This document shows, piece after piece, positions 8,752 through 18,519 of a stretch of 61,473 nucleotides of DNA. The notes below the pieces were generated by a model, which saw only the letters and a list, made by a program, of their open reading frames with translations, searched no databases and was not told the DNA's origin. How positions within the stretch are numbered: the stretch's first letter is position 1; each line of letters starts with the position of its first letter. The stretch lies in IMG/VR virus record IMGVR_UViG_3300044731_000955, positions 1-61,473 of that record; one strand, given 5' to 3'. The DNA comes from a virus (lineage: Duplodnaviria > Caudoviricetes). A program made the position numbers and the translations under genes.

Positions 8752-10799
8752 AGATAGTATTACTTTGCCCTTCGTTAAGTACGGGTGGTATGCCCCAATT
8801 TGCATTAAAAAGAATTCAAGAAATATTAAAGCATACTGAAAATGTAGAGATGTATTGTATTGAGCTTAATTTTCATGGGGCTGATTTTGTGGTTCAAAGG
8901 AATCAAGTAATTAAAATACTTGGAGATAGATTTTATGAGGCTGGTTTGAACAAAATGCGAGTAATAGATATTATCAATGAGATTAAGCCTGATGTGGTTC
9001 ATATTGAAGATGTGGCAGAGAGATTACCAAAGGAGCTTGCAACTGCCTTATATAGAAATGATAGACAATTCTATATCGTTGAAACGCCTCATGATAATAT
9101 ATTTAACCCTGACGCAGAAAAAATTTTCCACCCAGACCTTTATGCTTTTTGCACTCCTTTTCATGAGGACGTTTACCAAAATATGGAGTCTTTATACTTT
9201 ACAATTCAATATCCAATAGAAGAAAAAAAAGTAACTAAGGATATGAGGATTAAAGCTAAGAAAGAAGTAGGGTTTGCCTTGGATAGAAAGACGGTGTTGC
9301 AAGTGGGATTATGGACTCCACAAAAAAACCAAAAAGAAACTATTGCTATTGCTCGTAAATATCCTAATATAGATTTTGTGGTAGCTGGTAATTTGGCTGG
9401 TAATTTTCAATTTTATTGGGAAGAATTAATAAAGGATTTACCATCTAATTTTAAAGCTCTTGGTGAGAGAAGTGATATAGATACTTTGTTGCAAGCTGCT
9501 GATATATTTATTTTCCCATCTACCAATGAATGTTCTCCTTTGTCTTTGCGTCATGCTATTGAAGTTGGTTTGCCTATTGTAGCCAATAACTTACCCGCTT
9601 ATGCAGGAACCTTAGATAAGTATTTAAAACCCTTAGATTCCAATTTAAATACCATTACCAGAGATTATAAAATACCAAATAGTAACAATTCAAGAAACTT
9701 TGCACTAGAGCATAAAAAAATGTATGAGGTTCTTATGAAAATACCAATCAAAAAGCAAGCTGTTTCCATCACGCAACACTTTGTCAATCAGCCATTCTTA
9801 GAGATTAAAGGTAATAGTGAGAGTGATTTTTTAGTTCAATTTTTAGACGAAAAAGGTAGTATATATTACCAAAATACGATAAAAGCAAACCATTGGGTAC
9901 GATTAAATAGGCAGTGGTACACAAAATGGAGGACAAAAGTTTTTGAGGGCAAAGACTTGATTTACAATAGCACCTTGGACCTAGAAGGTAAAAAAGTTTT
10001 TATAGCTATTGATAGTAAATCACTTGGAGATTCGCTTGCTTGGATGCCCTATGTGGAAGAGTTTAGAAACAAGCATAATTGTACGGTGGTTTGCAGTACA
10101 TTTTGGAATAAGATATTGGACTATCCAGAGATTGAATTTGTGGAGCCGGGGACGATGATAGGATGTTATGCCATGTACACTTTGGGGTGGCATTGGAACG
10201 AAGATAAAGAACCAACCCTTTGCAATACCATTCCTTTGCAACAATCAGCTAGTAATATCCTTGGATTGGATTATGTGGAGCTAAAACCACGCTTAAAGTA
10301 TGATATTGGAGAAAATAAGTATGGCAAGTATGTCACAATCGCCACAAACAGCACTGCGGGGCTTAAATTTTGGCTTAAACCATCTTGGCAACAAGTTATC
10401 AACCACCTACACGAAAAGGGCTACAAGGTCATAAATACGTCCAAAGAACGCAATCCATTTGAAAACTGCTACCAATTAGAAGATACAAGCATAGAAAATA
10501 CCATGTCTGTTATCCATCATAGTGATTTTTTTGTAGGGCTTAGCAGTGGAATTTCATGGCTTTCCTTTGGGCTTGGCAAGAAGGTGGTAATGATTTCAGC
10601 CTTTACAGAAGCTGACCACGAGTTTGACTGCATCAGACCCCGCAATAACAATGTATGTACAAATTGTTGGAATGACCCTAAGATTAAATTCGATGCGGGA
10701 GATTTCAATTTCTGCCCGCATCATAAGGGTACTGAGAGAATGTTTGAGTGCCAAACGAGTATCACACCCGAAATGGTTATTCAGCAATTGCCTCTGTAA
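8748..10799 (+). CDS. GT4-like glycosyltransferase fused to AAH/TibC-like protein O-heptosyltransferase
   Basis: STGGMP and AADIFIFPS..E (GT4); SLGDSLAW, IPLQQ, FVGLSSGISWL, VVMIS and CxxCWN...CP...C (TibC iron-binding Cys). Confidence 0.8.
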   Translation: MKIVLLCPSLSTGGMPQFALKRIQEILKHTENVEMYCIELNFHGADFVVQRNQVIKILGDRFYEAGLNKMRVIDIINEIKPDVVHIEDVAERLPKELATALYRNDRQFYIVETPHDNIFNPDAEKIFHPDLYAFCTPFHEDVYQNMESLYFTIQYPIEEKKVTKDMRIKAKKEVGFALDRKTVLQVGLWTPQKNQKETIAIARKYPNIDFVVAGNLAGNFQFYWEELIKDLPSNFKALGERSDIDTLLQAADIFIFPSTNECSPLSLRHAIEVGLPIVANNLPAYAGTLDKYLKPLDSNLNTITRDYKIPNSNNSRNFALEHKKMYEVLMKIPIKKQAVSITQHFVNQPFLEIKGNSESDFLVQFLDEKGSIYYQNTIKANHWVRLNRQWYTKWRTKVFEGKDLIYNSTLDLEGKKVFIAIDSKSLGDSLAWMPYVEEFRNKHNCTVVCSTFWNKILDYPEIEFVEPGTMIGCYAMYTLGWHWNEDKEPTLCNTIPLQQSASNILGLDYVELKPRLKYDIGENKYGKYVTIATNSTAGLKFWLKPSWQQVINHLHEKGYKVINTSKERNPFENCYQLEDTSIENTMSVIHHSDFFVGLSSGISWLSFGLGKKVVMISAFTEADHEFDCIRPRNNNVCTNCWNDPKIKFDAGDFNFCPHHKGTERMFECQTSITPEMVIQQLPL

Positions 10800-10956
10800 C
10801 TTGAGCTTTGTCTAGGTCGATTGCTACTTTCTCAATAAATCCTAGTATTTCTTTACCATATTTAGTTGGTAATTGCTCGTTAGCATAGTTCATTAATACT
10901 TGAACTTGTTCTGGAGTTAATGATGGTACTGGTAATTGTTTAGTTTCTTGATTCAT
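10777..10956 (-). CDS. Small hypothetical protein downstream of tail fibres (likely start MNQETK at 10956)
   Basis: ORF track 10777..10974; TATATTTG at 10979-10972 favours the downstream ATG. Confidence 0.55.
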   Translation of the reverse strand: MNQETKQLPVPSLTPEQVQVLMNYANEQLPTKYGKEILGFIEKVAIDLDKAQVTEAIAE

Positions 10957-11018
10957 AATTAATTGTTTTTGCAAATATAGTTATTTAATTTAATTTTCCA
11001 AATGTAGCTACAAATATC

Positions 11019-12389
11019 CTACAACCCTGCTTTGTTTAATCTTTCATTTAATTCTTCTATTTGTTTTTTTAATTCTAATATTTCAGCGTCTTTTTCTATT
11101 TTTAATTCTTGTACTGCTTTTATAGTTATATATGGCAATACTGAATTTTTTATGCTTTTATAATCGCCTTCTTCATATTCTTCTTCTATAATAGTTCCGT
11201 CTTCTTGCTCAATTTCGCGTTTCTTTTTAATTGGTTCTGTTATTACAAGATTTGGGAATACTTCTTCAACTTCTTGCGCAATTAAACCAAGTTCTTTTCC
11301 GCCTTCTATGCTTTCTTTCCATTCATAGTTTACAATTCTTAGCTTCATTAAATTATCAAGCTTTGGCGTAGCGTTAGCAATATTCTTTTTTAATCTAATA
11401 TCCGAACGACCTGAAGTTGTACCATTTGACCATATTGTAAAACAAACAACACTTGAATCAACACATTGTAAAAAATAATTAGTTGTATTATTTGGTGCAG
11501 CATTTGAAAAATATAAAAATGGCCCATATGGACTTGCCGCAACATTTGTTATATATACAACATTTTCATTATTCCTATTTGTATATATTTCGTGATAGTT
11601 ACCACTTGAATTAACATAACTGCCATTATTAGTTATTTTTGTATAACCACCACTTGCAATTTGAGTAATACGCATTCTTTCTGTAAGTGCAGTATTAAAT
11701 GTTAAAGTACCACTATTGTAAACATCTGTTTTACCACTTCCAGCTAAATCAATAGCAAAATCAGTAGAACCATTACCCATTTGTAATTCATTACCTGCAT
11801 AACCACTTGTCCCAATCGTTATACTTGTAGAGAATGTAGCTGCTCCTGTGGATGAAAAATACAATCTATTAGTTCCTGCACTTATAGGGTCTCCACCTGT
11901 TGAATTAGATTGTCTAATTGCTAAATCTCCAACTGCATCGTGTCCTGCTCTTATTGCCCAATTCTTTGAACTTGCTTGAGTATCGTAAATACTTAAATAA
12001 GCACCGCTTCCTGTTACTTTTATTTGGTCACCTGCCGTTACACTACTTGAGAATGTAGCTGCACCTGCATTAGTAATAGATAATAATCCAATAGTATTTG
12101 CAGCATTTAAAACCCTAAAACCATTTGTTACATTAGCTGAAAAATAAGCTGAAGTTCCTAAATCTTGTGATGAATTTTGTTGTATGGTTCCATTAGCTGT
12201 AAGAGTACCACTAAACGTAGCAGCAGCTCCTGTCAATGCACCACCCAATAATAATGTACTACTAACCTTAGCTGTACCAGTTACTTCTAATTTATAACTA
12301 CCACTAGGTGCTGCTCCTATTCCTACGTTGTTAGATGCGTCAGTTAGTATTGCTAAAGGAATAGTACCCAATTTCTGTGTCAGTCCCAT
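11019..12389 (-). CDS. Tail fibre/spike with C-terminal S74 intramolecular chaperone
   Basis: NVGIG/GAATFS repeats; SDIRLKKNI...GLIAQEVEEVFP...KAVQEL coiled coil. Confidence 0.85.
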   Translation of the reverse strand: MGLTQKLGTIPLAILTDASNNVGIGAAPSGSYKLEVTGTAKVSSTLLLGGALTGAAATFSGTLTANGTIQQNSSQDLGTSAYFSANVTNGFRVLNAANTIGLLSITNAGAATFSSSVTAGDQIKVTGSGAYLSIYDTQASSKNWAIRAGHDAVGDLAIRQSNSTGGDPISAGTNRLYFSSTGAATFSTSITIGTSGYAGNELQMGNGSTDFAIDLAGSGKTDVYNSGTLTFNTALTERMRITQIASGGYTKITNNGSYVNSSGNYHEIYTNRNNENVVYITNVAASPYGPFLYFSNAAPNNTTNYFLQCVDSSVVCFTIWSNGTTSGRSDIRLKKNIANATPKLDNLMKLRIVNYEWKESIEGGKELGLIAQEVEEVFPNLVITEPIKKKREIEQEDGTIIEEEYEEGDYKSIKNSVLPYITIKAVQELKIEKDAEILELKKQIEELNERLNKAGL

Positions 12390-12390
12390 A

Positions 12391-13695
12391 TTATTTGTTT
12401 TTTAACTCGTTTAGTTCTAATCTTAATTCTTGTACTGCCTTTGTTAATATAGCTATGATACTATTGTATTCCACACCTGCTAATGAACCATCTTCATTAT
12501 AAAATACTAATTCTTTATTTACTTTTTCTACTTCATCAGCTATAAAACCATAAGTTACATTATCATATAATTCATCAGTATATTCATTAGTAAAATCATT
12601 TTTTTTACGATAATTAAATTGAACTGGATTAAGTTGGCTAATAAAATCAACATTAGTTATAGATTTTATATTTGATTTAGATTCTCTAGTTGATACTAAA
12701 TATCCTAAACCTCCACCACTTTCAACAATCATTGTTCTTCCTGAAACGGCATTATTATAAGTAAATGTTCCAGCATTAATAAAACCATCTGCTCTAACAG
12801 TAAATATATCAGTACCTGTAGAAGTTGCAGCATTTGAACCATTTCTAACTTTAAAAGCATAATAACTTGAAGAAGTTGCATTAACTGCGACTATACCACC
12901 ATAATATTGAGAATAAAGAACATAAGCTGCAGAGCCTGTATTCCCATCATTAACAAATTGTAATTTATATCCATTATCAGTAGTAGTTCCTATTAATACA
13001 TTACCCCCATTTGTAATTGCCATTCTTGGTGTAAAAGTTACTGCTGTATTTATAGTTCCTGAAGGTGCAGTGTACCAAGTATGACCACCAGCATATTGTT
13101 CATAATCACTTGCTTGTGCAGTACTTGCATATAATCTTGAATTTGAAGAAGCAGAAAAATAATAATTATTAGTAAGATGAAACTCATTAACATATCTACC
13201 CCAAACAGCACTACCTACAAAACCTACCTCTAATGCTTTACCATTTACCCAACCATTACTCGGTGTAACTCCTAATCCTAAATTGCCATTTGTATCAATA
13301 GTTAATCTTGTTGCAGATGCAGTATTATCTTCTAAAGTAAGGCTTCCAGTTGAACCAAGGTCAAAAGAATAATTTCTATTGGTTTTTGTAGTTCCAGCAG
13401 TTCTAATAAGTTTTAAACGAGGGAAAAAGTCACCTGTTGCACTTGCAGCAATTTCTTGATTACTACCACCAACTGATGTAATACCACTACTAAACGTAGC
13501 ACTTGTACCACTTAATGCTCCTGTAAAATTACCTGTACCACTAACATCTAATTTATAAGTAGTATTAGTATTACCTATTCCAACATTAGTTCCATTATCA
13601 AATATTAAGCTATTGCCTATGGTTGTACCTGTGGCACGAAGTAAAAAATTTGTGGTTACGAGGGGTGCCGTAGCCAATATACTATTTGTACTCAT
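12391..13695 (-). CDS. Tail fibre/spike with S74 chaperone
   Basis: GNVGIG repeats; STRESKSNI...GFIADEV...KAVQEL. Confidence 0.85.
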   Translation of the reverse strand: MSTNSILATAPLVTTNFLLRATGTTIGNSLIFDNGTNVGIGNTNTTYKLDVSGTGNFTGALSGTSATFSSGITSVGGSNQEIAASATGDFFPRLKLIRTAGTTKTNRNYSFDLGSTGSLTLEDNTASATRLTIDTNGNLGLGVTPSNGWVNGKALEVGFVGSAVWGRYVNEFHLTNNYYFSASSNSRLYASTAQASDYEQYAGGHTWYTAPSGTINTAVTFTPRMAITNGGNVLIGTTTDNGYKLQFVNDGNTGSAAYVLYSQYYGGIVAVNATSSSYYAFKVRNGSNAATSTGTDIFTVRADGFINAGTFTYNNAVSGRTMIVESGGGLGYLVSTRESKSNIKSITNVDFISQLNPVQFNYRKKNDFTNEYTDELYDNVTYGFIADEVEKVNKELVFYNEDGSLAGVEYNSIIAILTKAVQELRLELNELKNK

Positions 13696-14360
13696 ATTAA
13701 ATCTTTTTTATATTTCCATTTAAAACCTCTATGGTAGTGGCTTAAACCTCTGCAAACCTTTGATATTGAAGCTGAGCTATATCCTATTTTAGATGCTGCA
13801 TTTACACTTTTATATGTAGCTACAAGTTCTCCATCTAAACTAAATTGATGTACTTCCATTGCTGGTCTATAACAAGTACAATTTCTTTTTTTATGAATTA
13901 AATTCTTCTTGGATTCTCTTATCTTATCTTTTGTTTCTTGAGATAATCTAGTAAAAGTTCTTGTTAAAGCAAATTTTTCTCTTTGCCCTTCCCTTTGGTA
14001 AACTTTTTTAACCGCTTCTCCTGTTTTCTTTCTATGCTCGTCACTATAAATATATTTTCTACCAAGCGTTCCTTCATCACCTCCATCAGTATAATTACAT
14101 AAAGTACCTGTACCCAAGTCTTTTCTACCATATAACTTGATAAATTCCTTTTCTTTTTCACAAGATTCCTCGTGAGTCAAATTATCAAGTAATATTTCTA
14201 CCTCAAAATCTGTTTTATTTGTAATATTTTGCCATAATTTATTTCTTCTATGTTTATGACTTTTGTCATAGGCTCTAGCATAATTGTCATCAGTTGCTGA
14301 AATGCCAATATAGAATGGTTCATTATTGTCTAATCTGATATGTCTGTAAACGTATGCCAT
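13692..14360 (-). mobile_element. Free-standing GIY-YIG-like homing endonuclease with NUMOD3/NUMOD1-like DNA-binding tail
   Basis: YVYRH...FYIG...R...E...N-TDGG; HQFSLDGELVATYKSVNAAS...ISKVCRG...GFKWKY. Confidence 0.8.
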
Positions 14361-17300
14361 TATTTTGTAGCTACAATTTTTTTAAGTTCTTCAATTTGTG
14401 CTTGTTGTTCTTGAATAGCTTTTGTTAATATTGCTATCATATTGTTATACTCAACACCAGCCAAAGTAACACCATCTTCTTGATAAAATACTAAGTCTTT
14501 ATTAACCTTTTCCACCTCATCAGCTATAAAACCATAAGTTATATTATCATATAATTCATCAGTAAATTCATTTGTTATATTATCTTTTTTACGATAATTA
14601 AATTGTACTGGATTAAGTTGATTAATAAAATCAACATTACTTATAGATTCTATATTTGCCTTTGATTCTCTTGTGGATACTAAATATCCTAATACTCCAG
14701 ATGAACTTAATATAGCAGTTCTACCAGTTGCTGAAATATTATAAGGTGAATTAGTTTGTGTACCAGTTTCTATTAATCCATCATTTCTAACTTGAAACAA
14801 AGCATTTGCGGCACTACTTTCAACTCTGAAACCAAATGTAGCACTTGTCGCACCAGCTCCTCTAACAGCTAATCTCATGTCTGAATATCCAGTCATTCCG
14901 ATTCCAACATTCCCCCCACTTGTAAGAGTAAATGGTTGATTACCTGCGGTTTCATTATATATAAACAATGAAGTAGTTCCTAAACCAAATTTATATTTTT
15001 GAGCAGTTCCACTTGTTTTTTCAAATGTTATTGTACCACCTTCTGTACCACTACTTGTTATATGTAGCTGTCCTACTGAGCCACCATTATAAGCAGTAGA
15101 TAAAGTTCCTGTTGTTGCCGTTACACTACTTGAGAATGTAGCTGCACCTGTTGAGGCTATGGTAAGTAATGTAGTAGCTCCTACCCCACTAAACAATCTT
15201 AAATTAGTTGAATCAACAAGCAAAGAATAAGTTAAAGGTGTACCACCGCCTGTCATTACAAAATAAGTATCCCCAGTACTAGACAAATGCAGTTTACCAC
15301 TTGGACTACTTGTTCCAATACCAAGATTACCTGAAGCGTCAAGATTCATTCTTTGTACCCAAGTAAGTGCATTGTCAGCAGTTCCGCTTGCAGCAGTGTA
15401 CCAACGATGGTCAGAGCCGTCAATAAGATATTGACCTGCTACGTCTGTAAATTTATATTTCCAACCTGTATCAAAATAACTATTTGTTGTTAAGTATAAT
15501 ACATTAGCACTATTTTGGAAAGCAATAGCAGATTGATTATTTGTATCTCCACCTTCTAAAACTCTAAAAATACTTCCCCACGCACTTATTGTTGTAACTC
15601 CTACTCCTATATTACCACTAAACGTAGCACTTGTACCACTTAAAGCTCTTGACACTAAGGTAACAGTAGTACCATTATCTGTGATTGCACTATCTCCTAT
15701 TGTACTTGATGCTGTGAACTTTGGTATTGTATTAATTGTACCAGAACCAGCTATTCCACTATAAGCTCCTACTGAATAAGAGTAAGCATAAACTACTACT
15801 ATATCATTTAATTGACAAGCTGTTGCTAATATTATACTTGTACCATTGGTTGCAGTATATTCTGATTGAGCAAGATTAGAACCATTATAAAAAACATCTA
15901 TTAAGCCTTGAGTATAACTTACTGAAAAAGTAGTTTGCGCAGCTGTCGCAGTAAAAGTAGTTATAGTTCTTAATGCATTTGTTGGTAAATATGCCGTCAA
16001 TAAATTATCAATCTCAACAATGTTACCAGCCGCTAAAGCCGCCGCCATAACCACTGTTGTACCATTAGTCGCAGTAAAATCAGTACCATTTACAAACTTA
16101 ACTCCATTCACAAACACATCTACCATTCCAAGATTGTAACCATTGGTAACAGTAAAAGTTGTCTGTCCTGATGTCGATGTAAAAGTCTGAACCGCTCTCG
16201 CTGATGTTGTTGCGTTACCGCTTGTCCCAGACGACCCACTAGTCCCTGTGGAGCCACTTGTCGCAGATGTCCCAGACGTCCCAGTCGTCCCCGATGAGCC
16301 ACTTGAGCCAGCCGAACCTGACGTCCCAGACGTTCCACTAGTCGCAGACGACCCAGATGTCCCAGTGGTCCCACTTGAGCCAGATGACCCACTTGAACCA
16401 GCCGAACCTGATGACCCTGTTGAACCATCAACACCACTAGTTCCAGAAGACCCACTTGACCCTGCCGAACCGCTTGAACCTGTATTTCCACTTGACCCAT
16501 TTATACCACTTGACCCACTTGACCCTGACGAGCCACTAGTTCCTGAAGTTGTACCTACAGCTACACCAATTTGTTTTATGTTGGTAATTATTGAAGGAGC
16601 TGCTGGTATTGTTCCTGTTGCAGCTACTGCTGTTACTTGTACATCAGATGCATTTGCTTGAAAATAAACTTCATAATAATCATTAGCATTTGCACTATCA
16701 ATAATAGAAACGAATGGTAACTGCTTTGCACTTTGGCTTCTTAAACCTAAGATAGAATCAGTTCTAATAATATTAGCTCCATTTTTCTTTAGCCAAATAT
16801 TAACATCTGCACCTCCACCACCTGTATGTTCAATTTGTAATGAATATGCTATTTCATAGATACCAGTATGTTGAACTGTAAGTTGTGAACCAGAATATAC
16901 TATACCATTACTTAATTCATCATTTGTGTATGTAATTGCTGTTGGTGTATTTGCCGCTGTAACCACTTGAGTAGATGTACTTGTAAACGCACCATACCAG
17001 TTAGCTATTGAAGCTCCTGAAGAACCATCAATACCATTACGACCAGTAGTCCCAGATGTCCCAGCTGACCCACTGCTGCCAGATGTCCCAGAAGAACCAC
17101 TGCTGCCAGACGACCCACTTGTCCCAGTTGACCCACTGGTCCCCGCTGTCGCAGATGTCCCAGAAGTACCACTAGACCCATCTCCTCCACTCGCACCATC
17201 TAAGTTAACAGACCAAGCAGAATAAGTTCCGCTACCTACTGTTCTAGTTGGAGCTGCGAATGATAAAGAACCTGTTGCTGGATTATAAGCTGTAACCTCA

Positions 17301-18007
17301 CACTCTTGGAAGTTATTAGCGTCATAAACCACAATTATAGATTGAGCTACCGTATATGCTAATTGAGTACCTACAGTTAAAGTTCCTGCATTACCCAATG
17401 TAAATGTTGTCGATGAAGTTGTGGCATATCTGTCACCTTGTAAACCACTTGTACCAGAAGTCCCAGATGTTGCACTACTGCCAGAAGTTCCAGCCGTACC
17501 ACTTGTCGCAGACGAACCACTTGTCCCACTTGTCGCAGACGTTCCAGATGACCCACTTGAACCTCCCGTTCCGTCTGTGGCAGATGTTCCAGAAGACCCA
17601 CTCGACCCACTTGTTGCAGATGTCCCAGAGGAGCCACTAGTCGCAGATGAGCCAGATGTCCCACTTGTTCCCCCCGTTCCGTCTGTCGCAGATGTTCCAG
17701 AAGTCCCAGATGTCGCAGACGACCCACTTGTCCCCGCGGTAGCAGATGTCCCAGATGACCCACTTGTCGCAGATGAGCCACTAGTCCCTGCGGAGCCAGA
17801 TGACCCAGAAGTCCCAGACGAGCCAGATGTCGCACTTGTACCTGCAGTCCCTGATGTCGCACTTGTTCCAGATGACCCAGACGAGCCAGAAGTCCCAGAA
17901 GAACCAGAAGAGAAGCTCGTAGCGGTCACAATTCCGTCCGTTGCTACAAGAACTCCGTTAAGACCTCTTACCTTTAAATCGCCTGAAATTAATCCTTGTA
18001 TTGCCAT
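14360..18007 (-). CDS. Long tail fibre: Gly-Ser/Thr collagen-like tracts, C1q/BclA-like domain, fibre repeats, S74 chaperone
   Basis: Three G-X-Y tracts (GTS/GSS), GIYEIAYSLQ C1q-like strand, GNVGIG repeats, STRESKANI chaperone. Confidence 0.85.
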   Translation of the reverse strand: MAIQGLISGDLKVRGLNGVLVATDGIVTATSFSSGSSGTSGSSGSSGTSATSGTAGTSATSGSSGTSGSSGSAGTSGSSATSGSSGTSATAGTSGSSATSGTSGTSATDGTGGTSGTSGSSATSGSSGTSATSGSSGSSGTSATDGTGGSSGSSGTSATSGTSGSSATSGTAGTSGSSATSGTSGTSGLQGDRYATTSSTTFTLGNAGTLTVGTQLAYTVAQSIIVVYDANNFQECEVTAYNPATGSLSFAAPTRTVGSGTYSAWSVNLDGASGGDGSSGTSGTSATAGTSGSTGTSGSSGSSGSSGTSGSSGSAGTSGTTGRNGIDGSSGASIANWYGAFTSTSTQVVTAANTPTAITYTNDELSNGIVYSGSQLTVQHTGIYEIAYSLQIEHTGGGGADVNIWLKKNGANIIRTDSILGLRSQSAKQLPFVSIIDSANANDYYEVYFQANASDVQVTAVAATGTIPAAPSIITNIKQIGVAVGTTSGTSGSSGSSGSSGINGSSGNTGSSGSAGSSGSSGTSGVDGSTGSSGSAGSSGSSGSSGTTGTSGSSATSGTSGTSGSAGSSGSSGTTGTSGTSATSGSTGTSGSSGTSGNATTSARAVQTFTSTSGQTTFTVTNGYNLGMVDVFVNGVKFVNGTDFTATNGTTVVMAAALAAGNIVEIDNLLTAYLPTNALRTITTFTATAAQTTFSVSYTQGLIDVFYNGSNLAQSEYTATNGTSIILATACQLNDIVVVYAYSYSVGAYSGIAGSGTINTIPKFTASSTIGDSAITDNGTTVTLVSRALSGTSATFSGNIGVGVTTISAWGSIFRVLEGGDTNNQSAIAFQNSANVLYLTTNSYFDTGWKYKFTDVAGQYLIDGSDHRWYTAASGTADNALTWVQRMNLDASGNLGIGTSSPSGKLHLSSTGDTYFVMTGGGTPLTYSLLVDSTNLRLFSGVGATTLLTIASTGAATFSSSVTATTGTLSTAYNGGSVGQLHITSSGTEGGTITFEKTSGTAQKYKFGLGTTSLFIYNETAGNQPFTLTSGGNVGIGMTGYSDMRLAVRGAGATSATFGFRVESSAANALFQVRNDGLIETGTQTNSPYNISATGRTAILSSSGVLGYLVSTRESKANIESISNVDFINQLNPVQFNYRKKDNITNEFTDELYDNITYGFIADEVEKVNKDLVFYQEDGVTLAGVEYNNMIAILTKAIQEQQAQIEELKKIVATK
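17430..17910 (-). repeat. Degenerate 9-bp-period Gly-Ser/Thr repeat (first of three tracts; others ~17015-17195 and ~16205-16550)
   Basis: Repeated gtcccagatg/gacccactt words; protein GTSGSSATS. Confidence 0.85.
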
Positions 18008-18008
18008 C

Positions 18009-18515
18009 TTAAACGTATTTAAAACTTGTTTTATTTTTCATATCCCCACTCAACATTTTCCACATTTTGTTTTTGCTAATCCCTAAAGCATCTGCCGCCT
18101 CTTGCCCACCTTCATAGTAAATTCCAGTTGATTCATCTAATATAATCTTTTTATCTGGGGCAAATTGATAATTTGCAGCTAACCATCTTCCTGCTGCTCT
18201 TGTTGCTTCTGTTATTTCTCTAAAATTATTTTCAACAGCATGAGTGACATTTTCTTGACGAGTCATCCATTCTAAATTACATAGCATATTGTTTGCTTTA
18301 TTACCATCCATATGGTTTACTTGCTCTTTGTTTTCTGGATTTGGTATATATGTTTCTGCTACTAATCTATGTACAGAATAGAACTTATTTTTGATATGTA
18401 CTCTTAAATAATTAGAACCATTAAAATGCAGTTTTAAAAACCTCATAGTCTTTAATGAGAATATTTTCCCATCAACGGTTACTAGATATTCAGGATGTTC
18501 TTTTAATTGGCGCAT
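18009..18515 (-). mobile_element. Free-standing HNH homing endonuclease
   Basis: VHRLVAETYIPNP...VNHMDGNKANN..NLEW-T..EN-H. Confidence 0.88.
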
Positions 18516-18519
18516 AATA

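Noticed and set aside
12440-14695. Duplicated fibre C-termini as DGR template/variable repeats
   Set aside because: No reverse transcriptase in the window; both copies are coding S74 chaperone domains and differences are not evidently adenine-restricted
16120-18086. Long alternative-frame and antisense ORFs (16120, 16248, 17005, 17377, 17404, 17421)
   Set aside because: Stop-free shadows of the 9-bp-period Gly-Ser/Thr repeat
13692-18515. Group I introns housing the homing endonucleases
   Set aside because: Flanking genes are complete and abut the endonuclease ORFs, leaving no room for intron core structure
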